DNA of 64,000 bases from Macrostomum lignano. Its lineage: Eukaryota. The notes under the pieces were generated by a model that had not been told where the DNA came from, ran no database searches, and saw only the letters and a program-made list of their open reading frames with translations. The DNA lies in contig NIVC01000362.1 of NCBI GenBank assembly GCA_002269645.1, forward strand, positions 558,001-622,000. The letters run 5' to 3'. Both the position numbers and the translations under genes were made by a program. Each line of letters opens with the position of its first letter. The first letter of the stretch is position 1. Below are positions 12,936 to 26,500 of this stretch, in pieces.

Positions 12936-15748
12936 CCCAGTGAAAAATGATTCATGGATTCCACGTGGGTTCCACGTGGCCATGTGGAATTTAAATGTTT
13001 CTTTAATTTTTGCAAATTAATGACTTAAAGATGACATAATGGTATGCAAAGTATTTTTTATGCATTATTTTTTTATTTTTACTGTCCTAATGTTGATGTG
13101 GATTTTACAAGGAATTCATGAGAAATAAGCGTATATTGATTCAACATGGAATCCACTTCGATAAAAAACTGTGATACACCTTATTTAGACGTTTTTATGA
13201 AATTACTAAAATTAATTATTATATTTATATGCTTTTAAGTAAAAGTTATTATCTAAAAGCTAAATTATAATCGGAAAATAAGACACTGTTTGTTAAAATA
13301 GACAAAATAGAAGTTAACAATAAAAAACGTTTCGTACGTTTTAAAATTAAATTAATTTTATTTTATATTCGTCAATGGGCCTTTTCATATAACCAATTCC
13401 AGAACCAGAATCGGTTCGGTATTCCAAGAAAAACAGCAGTATAACTACTAAACTCTGTTAATATTTGACTGCCTTAACAACCTAACTTAGCACAATTTTT
13501 CACTTTCTTCTTGGCGATTTTCATTCAATAATAAAAACTTTATAGCACGTATCTCCCTCTAGTTATGGAGACAAAAAGTTATACTTCACAAATTGGTTCT
13601 GGTTCTGGAACCAGAGCAAGCAATATGAAAAGGCCCAATGTCTTGGTCCAAGGCCTTGAAAGATAAAGTGCCTTGTTTATGGCTATTTAAGCACCTTAAA
13701 AATTTTAGTAGACCTAGCCTATAGGCAATAACTTACGAGTATAAGGCCATGGCCTCCATGGGATTAGAAATTAGATAAATCAGTATTTTATCATAGATAG
13801 GCCTAATACTTTTGGTAAAATCCATGATAAATTTATTTAGGCCTAGGCCCTATCCAATTTCTAGGAATCCCATGGCCATGTCCATAGATTGGCTACTCAT
13901 TTTTTAACTTAAATAGGCCTTTAGAAGTTCATAATTTCCTCTTAGTCCTACCTATCTATTTATATGTATGCTTATTAGGCCTATTTTAAGCTAGGCCTAT
14001 AACTATCAATTTAGGTCCTTCTATTTTAATTAAGGTTGGGAGTTGGGACTAGCTTGACTTTGTGAATTGTGACTAGTCAATCTAGTTAATCTGTTAAAAA
14101 TCTATTAATTTATGATTTTCTTCAAAAAAGCCTATTAGCATCTTTTGGACTTGTTGCATTTTTAAAAACAGTATTATTAATTATAATAAATAATTCTGCA
14201 TTTACACTTGCAACTTGCTTTTGGCATAGCTAGCCTAGCAGATCCCTAAGGTTGCTATTATAAATAAATAATGATTATTGTAAATTTGATCTGATTTAGG
14301 CCAAGTCCAGAATTTAATAGCCATAGGCATAGGGCATAGCTATTTAGGCTTAGGCCTAATGTTAAATCATACTAGGCCAGCAAATATAAAAAAACATGCA
14401 TTGCTTTGCCTAAATACTTTATAGTTTAAAATCAATTTTAAAATAAAAAATTAAATTTATAGAAACATAGGAATATTAATTATTTTTGTATTTATTATTT
14501 TATTGGTTTCTTGATTGACTTAGGTAGGGTTTTCTTTTTTGCTAGAGACAAAGTGCAAAATTATATCCTATGCTCACTTTCAGGGTTTTATGATTTTAAG
14601 GCTTAGAATGCAATTTCTCTTTTTTCTTATATAAAGGCAGTGCAAATAAGGCTTCAACAGAAAAATAGGTAATGAAATCGCACCTAAACTGTATCCACTT
14701 TTTAATTTCAATTTTCAAGGTGCAATTTTAAAATTTAAGGCGCATATGCACACTTTGCGCTTAAAAAAATAAACCTAGAACTTAGGCCTAGTTAATTTTA
14801 AAATAAACTTTATTAAGTATTCATCCTTAAATTAGTTTTATGAATTATATCAATATAATCTATCAATCTTAATTGGCAACAATTATTTTTCTATTTCATT
14901 TCAGCCTAACATTACATGGCCCATCCTCAAACTTGGATGTCACCTTGGTCTTTCCTTTGAAGAAGCATGCAAAGCTACTTGGAATTTGAATATAATATCT
15001 AGAATGCTACCTTTTGTGAAGCAATGGTAAGTTTTAGTTATAAACTGATTTTTTTCTGTTATCAAAATCTGTTATAAGATCAAAATCTATCAAAATCTAT
15101 TACAAAATCTATCATCAATCTGTTATAAAATTCTGTAATTTAACCCCTTTCTTTTCTAAGGTTTCTCACCTGACCTGAAGAAGCAGCATTCTGGCAATTG
15201 GCAGCAGCATGTTTCTGACTGTTCTAATTCTGGTGCATTATATTATTGTTAATTAATTAATGCTATTGACAATGTCAATTTCAAATTATATATTATATCA
15301 TATGCGCAGTGCAACTTTAAAGATATCAATATCTATATCTGTGTGTTTATTCTTTGTGTGCCAGTGACTCACTACTGTATATAAATACACCTTACTTATT
15401 GAGACATCCTTTTTGAATATATTTTTGTGCAGAAATATTTTTTCGCTATAGCTAGTGTTTTTATCTGTGTTTCAGTTTCTTTTATATGGTATTGAGATCT
15501 GGGGTTCATATGAAGTTTTGAGATCTGATATTATTTTGAGATTTAGGATGCAACAATTTATTATGGCAACCAGTATAATGGCTGTTTACTCAATGACAAT
15601 GTGGATTCTATGTGAAATACATAATTACTTCCATGTGGATCTTCCATGTGGAATCCATCTCAATTCCACATGGATGGACGGAGACAAATGCACATATGGA
15701 TTTCATATGAAAAATCCACATGGAATCCATATACTTTTTTTCACTGGG
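12936..15748. mobile_element. Non-autonomous CMC/EnSpm-type element (2813 bp)
   Basis: Termini CCCAGTGAAAAA...TTTTTCACTGGG with imperfect extended IR (atggattccacgtgg). 2-bp TSD TC; removing the element restores the 22-bp minisatellite unit ccgccccc-TC-attgctcag. Confidence 0.85.
13377..13636. mobile_element. PIF/Harbinger-group (PHIS) MITE nested in the CMC element
   Basis: TIR GGGCCTTTTCATAT / ATATGAAAAGGCCC with AAT duplicated (equivalently a GGCC TIR with a CAATG 5-bp TSD); inner IR aaccaatt/aattggtt. Confidence 0.75.
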
Positions 15749-16148
15749 TCATTGCTCAGTTTCCGCCCCCTCATTGCTCAGGTTCCACCCCTCCTCATTG
15801 CTCAGTTTCCGCCCCCTCATTGCTCAGTTTCCGACCCCTCATTGCTCAGGTTCCACCCCTCCTCATTGCTCAGTTTCCGCCCCCTCATTGCTCAGGTTCC
15901 GCCCCCTCATTGCTCAGTTTCCGACCCCTCATTGCTCAGGTTCCACCCCTCCTCATTGCTCAGTTTCCGCCCCCTCATTGCTCAGGTTCCACCCCTCCTC
16001 ATTGCTCAGTTTCCGCCCCCTCATTGCTCAGTTTCCGCCCCCTCATTGCTCAGTTTTCGCCCCCTCATTGCTCAGTTTCCGCCCCCTCATTGCTCAGTTT
16101 CCGCCCCCTCATTGCTCAAGTTCCGCGGCTCCGCCCCCTCATTGCTCA
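15749..16148. repeat. 22-bp minisatellite (tcattgctcagtttccgccccc); the other half lies at ~12803-12935
   Basis: One array split by the CMC insertion at 12936-15748. Confidence 0.93.
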
Positions 16149-16757
16149 GAGACGGCCAGGTGCAAACTTTAGTTTTGATCAATTAAACTGGTTTTAAGTT
16201 CAAACTAAGCTATAGTAGCTTCATATACTGTATCCAGCTATAAATTCCTGCAGTCCGTTACACTTAATAGCTGGGGAATAAAAACTGTCATAATAGCTTT
16301 TATTCCCTATACCCTACCTGGCCGATATGATGAGCTAGATAATTTAGTCAGCGCATATTCAGTCCTGCTATATTAGCCTTATCGGATAGGCGATGAGCTC
16401 TTATCTATTTTCCAATCTAAAAGCCGAGGCTGCAGTGCGAATTGTGTAAATCACCCAACAATAGAAATTTCGCGCCTCCATAAATCTGTAATTTCTTTAT
16501 CTCTTTTCCACATCGAAATCTGTGCGCCTGGAAAGGATATTGAGACCAATTATTAGATTAGATAAGATAAGCGAGCACACGTGGCTCACCTGCAGTTTTC
16601 GCACCTGGAGCTATAACTGAATTTGCTAATACCTCGCACCCGCTGAGGAAGGCGCTGAAATGCTGAATCAGTGCGTCCTGTGCCGTGCAATCTCATCAGC
16701 TGATTGAGCTGAAATCAAATAGGTGGGTGGGGGTCGGAGAACCTCTATCCCGGTTCT

Positions 16758-16824
16758 CATTGGCTGGTGATTTCTGAATCGCAGCCAATGGCGGAAAAAC
16801 TATATATTGAATACTATATAAAAA
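16758..16824 (+). promoter_or_regulatory. Putative Pol II core promoter of receptor 2 (inverted CCAAT pair plus TATA box)
   Basis: cattggctg (16758-16766) and cagccaatg (16782-16790) form a perfect inverted pair; TATATAAAAA at 16815-16824 is ~95 nt upstream of the ATG. Confidence 0.5.
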
Positions 16825-16918
16825 GTTGAAGATAGAAGACTCCCATAGTGGAATGAAAACAAACTTTGAAAGACTGAAGACTGAAATTTTGAACCAAGAA
16901 AGAACTAATAAATAAGTT

Positions 16919-19900
16919 ATGAGTTCGAGATTAGAGCACCCGGCAAACTTAGTGGCGTTCAGCTGTTTGACAATAGCCAATGCTTTGCTGATTGCTCTGT
17001 TGGCTGTCTTCAATGTGGCCTGGCGCAATGAGAGGTGAGTTGAGTACATACATCCTTTTGATTTTGTGTAAGATTACTCGCGCTTCTGCTCCCTTATTCT
17101 GAGTTTCTCTTGAGTTTTCAGAGTTTCCCCTGATTTCCTCTGAGTTCCCCTGAGTTCGCTGGAGTTTCCCAGAGTTTTCTGGAGTACCCATGAGTTCCTC
17201 TCTCTTCTTTGAGTTCTTTTGAGCTTCCCCGAGTTTCCTGAGTTGAGTTCCACTGAGTTGAGTTCCTCAGAGTTCCCCTGAGTTCCCATAATCTTCGTTG
17301 AGTTCACGTAAGTTTATCTGAGTTCCCATAAGTTTTCCCAGAATTCCTGTGAGTTTTTCTGAGTTCCTCATGAGTTTCCTTGAGTTCCACTCCCTTCTCC
17401 GTTCTCCACCTCTCGAGAATTACACGAATTTTGTTTTGACAGTTTAAATCGTATCTCTAATCTAGAAGATAAGGAGAAACATGGCAGACACAAAATTACG
17501 CACAACTTTGATTGACACGTTACTTTTTCTCAAAGTTTTAAACAAACTCAAAACTCGTGCATCCAGTCAGAGTCAGACACAGCTGTCGCATCCTACGCTA
17601 TGGAGTATTGAGCTGTCAAACTCTCAAGCTGTCAATCATTGAGCTTTCACAAATCCCATAAAACAGATGCGCATCATTTTTGAGACGATCGCCGGTTATA
17701 TTTCTCATTTCGCCTGCGAGAGTCTCAGCCAGTGTTGTGCACGGAGTTAATACTTCGGAATTAGTCTATACCCCTCAGACACCCCGTGACCGTCCTCAGC
17801 TCAGCCAGACACCCCTCAGACACCCCGCCGTCTCCAGGCACATCGGTAGCTGCCTTCAGCCAGACACCCCTCAGACACCCCGCTGTCTTCACAGACCCAT
17901 CGGTAACTGTCTTCTCCTCAGCCAGACACCCTTCAGACACCCCTCAGACACCCTGCTGTCTCCACAGACCCATCGGTAGCTGTCTTCAGCCAGACACCCC
18001 TCAGACACCCCGCTGTCTCCACAGACTCATCGGTAACTGTCCTCAGCCAGACACCCCTCAGACACCCCGCTGTCTCCACAGACCCATCGGTAACTGTCCT
18101 CAGCCAGACACCCCTCAGACACCCCGCTGTCTCCACAGACCCATCGGTAACTGTCCTCTCCTCAGCCAGACACCCCTCAGACACCCCGCTGTCTTCACAG
18201 ACCCATCGGTAACTGTCCTCAGCCAGACACCCCTCAGACACCCCGCTGTCTCCACAGACTCATCGGTAACTGTCCTCAGCCAGACACCCCTCAGACACCC
18301 CGCTGTCTCCACAGACTCATCGGTAACTGTCCTCAGCCAGACACCCCTCAGACACCCCGCTGTCTCCACAGACCCATCGGTAACTGTCCTCTCCTCAGCC
18401 AGACACCCCTCAGACACCCTGCTGTCTCCACAGACCCATCGGTAACTGTCCTCAGCCAGACACCCCTCAGACACCCCGCTGTCTCCACAGACTCATCGGT
18501 AACTGTCCTCAGCCAGACACCCCTCAGACACCCCGCTGTCTCCACAGACCCATCGGTAACTGTCCTCTCCTCAGCCAGACACCCCTCAGACACCCCGCTG
18601 TCTCCACAGACTCATCAGTAACTGTCCTCTCCTCAGCCAGACACCCCTCAGACACCCCGCTGTCTTCACAGACCCATCGGTAACTGTCCTCAGCCAGACA
18701 CCCCTCAGACACCCCGCTGTCTCCACAGACTCATCGGTAACTGTCCTCAGCCAGACACCCCTCAGACACCCCGCTGTCTCCACAGACTCATCGGTAACTG
18801 TCCTCAGCCAGACACCCCTCAGACACCCCGCTGTCTCCACAGACCCATCGGTAACTGTCCTCAGCCAGGATCCAATGACTTAAGAGAGGGGTTGTAGCCT
18901 AGTGATTAGAGCGTCGGACTCACGGCGGAAAGGTCGGGGGTTCGTTCCTCGACCCACTCGGAACAATTTGTGTCCTTGAGCAAGACACTTAACTCTGCAT
19001 TGCTTCAGTTCACCCAGCTGTAAAATGGGTGTCATTCAGCATTAGCTGAGGTAATTGAGGGTGTGTGTGGCGACCCCCCACATCTTGGACTGAACAGCCG
19101 TATGCAGCCTTGTACGACTGGCACCCACAGAGCTAGGCAGACAAGTCATTAACCAACAGCTGTAGAGGAAGAGGTTTGTAGAGGAAAACGCTCTCTTCAC
19201 ACGCAGATTCGTCAAGATGACCAGCCCGCGCATCAACCTGCTGTCTCTTCTCGGCTCAGCACTCATCTTAGCAGCATCGGTGCTGCCTGTCGCTGCCGCC
19301 GACGCCGAATTCTGGCGCCTGGCGCTACACCGGGGCGGCCTGGCGGGCGCGGGCATCAGCCTCTCCATGGCCGCCGCCGGAGCGAAATGCTTCAGAGCTT
19401 GGCTGGCCTTCCGAGTCACCGGCGGTTGCTTCCGGCAGCGGCAACTGTCGAAGTCACCGAGCGGCTGCTGCTGTGATTGGAGGCCGTCTTGGAGGTCGGT
19501 GCTTACAAAGGACGCCGGCTTGGCGGCGTTGACAGTCGCTGCCGCGCTGCCGAATGCACTGATTGTCTGCTGCCTGCGGCTGATGTCGTCCTCTGACCTG
19601 GTGAGATGTCTGAAATTGTGACACTGCGGTGCCATGCATTTAAAATGAACGGCATCAAGACACTCGCAATCGAACGTAACACAGACAAATTTTCTACCAT
19701 TGTCAACATCATTATAACCTGCCACAATACTAAAAAACAAATTTTCTGTCCTATGTCTACTGAAGAAATGCCATTCTACCCATCTTTCTAAGAATTGGGC
19801 GGCTCTTTATACAGTTGCCATCCTCCACTGTCTTCCTCGAAAACTCTCTAACATCATTTCCATGTCTCGTTTTTTCATCTTAAGTCAGCCATTCTAAGAA

Positions 19901-22900
19901 AAAATATTGATCTCCCGTCAAACTAAAATTTTTGCATTTTTCATTTACCATTTACCATTTTTTCACTGCTACTAATACGAGTATTTTTTTATTGCCTTTT
20001 CTAAGAAACGGTACTGACTATCTTGTTATTAATAATAACCCCTGTCTAGTGTCTCTAGCGGATTTCCAGGAAACACAAATTTCTACCGGATTTCTAGGAA
20101 ACATCAATTTCTACAGGATTTCTAGGAAACATCGATTTCTACAGTATTTCTAGGAAACATCGATTTCTACAGTATTTCTAGGAAACACCTATTTCTAACT
20201 GATTTCCAGGAAACATCGATTTCTACAGTATTTCTAGGAAACAACAATTTTTGCAGGATTTCCAGGAAACATCAATTTCTACAGGATTTCTAGGAAACAA
20301 CAATTTCTACAGGATTTCTAGGAAACATCAATTTCTACAGGATTTCTACCCAGTGGTTAGAAAAATTGGGGCGTACCCTCTAGGCCGGCGCCCCGGCGGC
20401 CCTCAAGGGTACGCCCCATCCCGCAAGATAAAAGTTTGTAGGTTTTCTTCTTTGTGCGTATGAAATATTTTTGTGAGGAAATTATGTAAAGAGCAGAATT
20501 TTTAAAGTTGATTTTTTTAGTTTCGGGTGTTTTTGTGCTCAAACCTGACAGTACGCCTTTCAGTACGTGCAGTGGACAGTGGGGCGAACTATTGATATCC
20601 TTATTAATTATTTTCTTGTATAATGAGCTCATTATTTATTTGCATTGACCAATCCTCATACTACAGCTAACTTGAACTTTTAACCCTTTGAGCAGCCATC
20701 TCTTTGAAAAAATTGCTGCAAGCTCCAAAGTGGGGTATAGGCGACTCGTGCAAATTTTTCTGAGTTTCATACACTTCAGAAATTGGATGTGAACGCAAAA
20801 GTGTGCGTTTTAGCCTACCTACTTATAAGTAATACCTTTTGATCTTCGAAATCAACGCAACAAAAAATATATTTTTTAATACTCCACTACTTAAGCACTA
20901 GCGCATGTACAATGTTGCTTGTATTCTTAAGTTTTCATTTAGATGAGTCCGATTTGGTGGTCAATTCAGGATTTTTAAAGTAGTGGGGGCAGATTTGCCC
21001 AAATTTTTGTTTTGGCCTAAAAAGCCAAAGTAAGCTCAAAATTTACCCCCCTTATATGCAAGTCTAGCCATGGCAAAGGGGGCGGCCGCCGGGTCTACTA
21101 CATCTACGAGTACATTTGACCGCCACAATTTGATCGCCGTTCTATTCAAGGTGAAATAGGGCGGCGGGCAAATTGTCTGGCGGGCAAATTGTCTGGCGGG
21201 CAAATTGTCTGGCGGGCAAATTGTCTGGCGGGCAAATTGTCTGGCGGGCAAATTGTCTGGCGGGCAAATTGTCTGGCGGGCAAATTGTCTGGCGGGCAAA
21301 TTGTCTGGCGGGAAAATTGTCTGGCGGGAAAATTGTCTGGCGGGCAAATTGTGGCGGTCTCCGCTGTCGGTCTCCCGCGGCCGCGCCCCCCCCCCCTTGG
21401 ATAGTGGCGTAAATAAATACTCATTTCAAAGTTTTACATGTAAGTAGGCGGCATACCCTTGCACAAGGTTGCATAATTATTTGAAAGCCGTATGCTTGTA
21501 TGGGGTGGACAGTTGACAGTCAAAATGCCTATATCTACATGTACCTCCATACAGTAATACTTTTCCTATTAAACAACAATTAAGGTCAAAGATAACATAT
21601 GCGTATGCCAGCAAAGGTTTAAAATTTTCAATAATTAATTGTACGGTACAATGCGATAGCAAAACAAACTAATCTTAGATGCAGCTATTATCTAGAATCT
21701 CGATTTATCTTCCAGAATTTTAGAGAAATACAACTAGGACAGGGGAAATCCCGGAAAATCAATCAGGTTTGCCAAGCTGTATTAAAGGGGGACCAAGCGC
21801 ATTTTTACCAAAATACAGAGCCACCCCTCCGCCCCCCTTGGGTCTTTACCCTTCAGAATCCGCCCCCCCCCCACATAAGAAATTTCTGCTTGCGCCACTG
21901 CTAACAGTTCAAGTAATTCTGGAGAGCACAGAGTGCTGTCTAGAGAAGCTGTTCAGGCTTGGCACAACGCGCCCGCCAAAATTTTGTTAATGTCAACTTT
22001 TGCTCATTGTAATGTTCGAAATTCCTTGCCAGGGATTGGCTAACTATTTTACTTTAAGTGCCAGATAGAGAATCTAGCTCAAGACTGCGGGCCAGAAGGA
22101 GGAGAGTGGAGGGGAGAGGGGAGAGATGTGAGATGTGAGAGGAGGGAAGAGAGGAGAGAGGCGAGATGAGAGAAAGAAGGGAGATAAGGGGAGAGAGGAG
22201 AGAGGCGAAAGGAGAGATGTCAGAGGAAGGGAGCAAGCAGTAGCGCAACCAGAAATTTTTTGAGGGGGGCGGATTCTGGAAGGTAAAGTCCCGTGAGGGG
22301 GGGCGAAGGGGAGGCTCTGTTTTTGGCGAAAATTCGCTTGGTCCCCCTTCAATTTTTTCTGAGTCTCCGCCTAAGGGGGGGACCGCCCCCCCCACGCCCC
22401 CCCCCCGCCCCCCCCTGGTTGCGCCACTGGGAGCAAGGAAAGAGGGGAAAGGAGGAGAGAGGGGAGATTTTGATGAGAAAAGGAGAAGAAATTAGCAAAA
22501 AGCTGAGAAGAGATGCAAACCTTGAGCGGGCTGGATTGTTATTGGCATGGGAAGTTAGAAAGGACCCGAGGGCCGGATAGAGAGACTGCGGGCCGCATGT
22601 GGCCCGTGGGCTGGAGTTTGCTGACCCCTGCAGCCTGCAGTAGGCTATGCATGACGGGCCCAGTTAAGTGCATAATGGCAAATAAGAGACATGGGAGATT
22701 GGAGATAGGAGACTGTCTCCCCTGTCTCCCCTTCATTTATCTCCCCGATTACGAGTAGGGCACAGTCACTCAGTCACATTTTGATACATAGACATAGATA
22801 TTTTCTCAGTTTTCATATTCATAGGCGGTCAGAGCTCAAATGGGACAGGTCATGAATAAATAACAATCTAACCCCCGCCTTGTCATTTTTCCGGATGAAT

Positions 22901-23498
22901 AAATCCACTGAATCATAAAGGTTTCAAAGTGCATTTGCGTTCTCATGACAGTTTTTGCCACTCAATTATTCTAGTCTTACTGAATCCCCGAGTTAACAGA
23001 AAATTATAGCTCGGCGCACGTCCGCCAGCTTGAATATTCTCGCTATATTGTTCTCTATTTGCGATCGTCTTTTACAACCCGACATCAATAAAACCTGTGT
23101 GGGCTTTATCTCTCATTAACAGAAATCTCTCATCAATTATAGCCTGTATAAAGCTTACTCATTTAGAGTTGCTCTTAGAAAAATGTTTTGAATTTCCTGG
23201 CCAGTGGCAATAACCCGTAATGACAGGGCAATGCAAGGAATTATTTTAACCTAGAGGTGACAGCTAATTTTGGCCAATTCATTTCAGTTGGGGTGGGGGG
23301 GTTAGAAGAAAGGCTAGAGAAGTGATATGGGAATTTCTACGTTGTACCGTTCTTGCCTGCTTAAGCGAACCTATGCGAAACAAACAAACTGTCCTGACTC
23401 CTTATCAGTGCAGGTCATCAAGTTTTTTCTATTCCCATATTGCACCAAAGATAAAGGAAGAACAAAGACGAATTTCGTGCGAGGCTTGACAAGGTCTG

Positions 23499-23535
<37 letters not shown>

Positions 23536-26500
23536 ATAAGTTACAACCTAGCATAAACACATAAATACTTTGATACGGAAAGTATTGATTCGATCTGACC
23601 TAAAATAGGTGCCAGCAAAAGAAAGAAAATATTCATAGCATTTTATATGTGCTTAAAAGTAAAACCAGATGGTAACAGATGGAAATTGCAGTTGTGCAGC
23701 TAGTTGATTATTATCAATGGGATAAGTAAAATATTACAAAAATTCTGTTGGCTTGAATTGGAGGTAGGAATACTGTATACAATACCATTAGTATTTCATA
23801 TACTGGGGTTTAAGAAAATAAATCCCCCATTTCAGCCGCATCACCTCCCACTAAGTTTCCGGCCCCTCCACCCCTCCTACACAGTTTTGAGCTAAATTAC
23901 CCCTCCGGCCTCTATAACACCGAATTTTAAGCTGTACCTAATTCTAGGGTTCAAGAATGTAAACAATAAAGATAGAAGCAATATAATCAGTCTCTAAAAT
24001 AACTCCAGTTCATGAATGACCGATCGCCAGGCTTGTAGTAAACTCGTGAAACTGCGGATCCTAAAAGTAAAGATAAAATGGCAGTTTGCGATCGAGTATG
24101 CATCGTAATATACTAATATTTAACTCACAATCTACAATCATGTCTGCGTGTTGAAGCTGAGAACATATACAGGAAGAAATTGCAGAATTGCAGAATACAG
24201 GGAATACGAGAATCGAGATAGAAGGAAATCGGATTGATATAAAAAACAGAGAAAGATATTTTTAGTACTCACTTGCGACTCACGCGTCCTACATCAGGCC
24301 TCCTCGGAGTCACCTGTCAGAGGAATGACAAAAAAATGGCTTGCTGGATCCCTGTCCGCTCCAGCAAGATTGGCAAGCAGATTCGCAGGCAAAATCCAGC
24401 ACTTTCGCTCAGGTGTGCCAGTTAGAACACCAGATGTCATCCTGTACAAGCCGATTCCCAGACGCAAAGATGGATATGGGTTGGCGTAGATGTTGTCAAC
24501 TGGGTGTAAAATCCTGCCAGTGACTTGATTAGCTTCACTTACAGCTTCGATTAGGACGCATACTTTGTCGATTATGCAACAATTATCACCTCGCTTTGTG
24601 CTGAATTTCAACGGTGGAATGCGCTGCTCATTCAACAGAAGATCGCGAACTCTGAGCACCTGCTTAACTGAATGCGCTGCCATGTGCCTTGTCACCTTTA
24701 CGCGGCGCTTTACAGATCCAAGAAAGTTTTCGAAAGGGAAAGTCGAAAAGTTGTTTAAACTGCCTAGCTTTCGGACAAACTCATCCAAATGAAGAATAGT
24801 GTGAAGATTGAAACTTATAAACTTCTGGCCGTAAAGATGGGCAGCCCGTTCAACAAAAACTTCAATGCAAGTTTTTGCCTGCGTCCACCACTTGGAGTAC
24901 CTTTCGTTGGAGTATGCGTAAATGGCGAAATGGAGGTAAAGAAAGTGGTTATACCTTTCTTCATTTAAAATGCCTTTGAAGAGGACAGGTCCTAGGTACA
25001 GCAAGTACTGTCTGAATTCAGTAGCCTTCATGTGCTTTAGTTCCAAGTCGATTTTCCGGGGTCTTCGTTGAAAGTTTGAAGGTGTCCAACCGGCAGCCAT
25101 AGTAATTCGGTCGCCCAATAGGCTCATCGGACCGGGATAGACGAGACACTTCTTGCCATTAGATTTGTCGAAAAATAGGTAAAAAGCTTCCTTGTGACTC
25201 CAAGGCAGACGGCATGCTGGTAGTCAGGGGGAAAAGCATCGACAAAACTAATGTTAGGCAAATTTAGAAGGGGCGATAGAGCGATTTTTTTATTTTCCTG
25301 GTTAGACTCCTTTCCCTCTCGGTATTGTTGGCTGCTACGAGACTCCCCGACGCTCGTTGAAAATGTTACTCTGTTGTCGGTATAAGGTCCAGTAGCCCTG
25401 CAGTACATGCAACCGACGTACGACATGTGCCCTTGAGTTACTGAGACCCAGGCTCGAGCAGGCGCATCGCAAACAAATCGGATAGTCGAGAAGCTGATGC
25501 TTAAATTTTCGATAATTTTATGGACCCGTAAGAAAACGTTTAGCCTCGTCGCAAAATTGTCGAAGATAATCATTCAGAGGTGGCTTGCCACAACCAGCCC
25601 ATACGGCTACTGGAAAAGGTCTGCTGAATACGCTGGGAATAGACATTAGTATGGGCCAAAGACCGAAGTGGCTTGCTCGGTACAAAGGCAAGCCGTCAAA
25701 ATTAACGATGGCTTCAATTTTGTAAACCTTCTCAGTTTCACTATCGTGTTGTAGATATTCTGGCTTCATGTGCAGCTGGTTTTTGCGAAACATTAGTTCT
25801 AGATTTTTCAGAATCGAAATGTAGCGAAAATGGCCTTTTCCCATGGACTCCAATTTTTCCGTTGGATCGCCAGCATTGATGACGGCCTCAATAGAGTTGA
25901 CAGACTTCGGCGCAGGCAAGCCTATGTCTCTTAGACCATCAACAAGGAATTTTTTAGATCCACGACTTAGGTTGAAACAAGAAAAGTAGACTACCAGCAA
26001 GGCGAATATTTTATCTTCTAAAGAGCGGTCATCCTCTTTCTTGTCAATCTCCTCATCTTCATCGCTGCAAACTCGCGCGAACTCGTCAAAATCAGGATAG
26101 CTGCCATTGTCGTTGCCAAGATCTGGATCAGTACCTTCATTGATTTCTGCTACAGAGGACTCCGAAGCGATGAAACCGGCGACTCTCCCAGAATCATCTG
26201 CTTCGACTACTTTTCTTTTTTTCTCTTGCAGTGCGATGTCTTCCAAAGCTTCTTGTTCTCCTTCCATGAACAAGCCCAGCAAATCCTTATTTGCTTGTCG
26301 CCTCAATTGCCTTGTCATTGTTTTCGTCCGAATCAGACTTTGATGATAGTTGACTGTTGTAATAAAGTAATTACTACGATTGCTTATTTCGTATTAAAGA
26401 AAGGATATGAACAAAAGCTGGGAAGAATTGAAAACTATTCCTTTGGGGGTTTGTGCGCGCTGATTGGACAGGTATGGGTGCGGGGACGGTAGGGCCAATG

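Noticed and set aside
12300-16708. Scattered minus-strand exon-like blocks (16708-16590, ~16320-16370, ~12619-12700)
   Set aside because: Splice sites are plausible, but I could not build a consistent reading frame or recognise a product.
17772-18867. CRISPR-like appearance of repeat arrays here and elsewhere
   Set aside because: No unique spacers, no cas genes, eukaryotic context; these are head-to-tail minisatellites.
22530-22630. hAT-Charlie-like right end (gggccgcatgtggccc...gctgacccctg)
   Set aside because: No matching left end with a TSD was found, so element boundaries cannot be supported.
25170-25535. Programmed ribosomal frameshifting in the EnSpm transposase
   Set aside because: No canonical slippery heptamer with downstream structure, the two shifts go in opposite directions, and indel error or decay is simpler.
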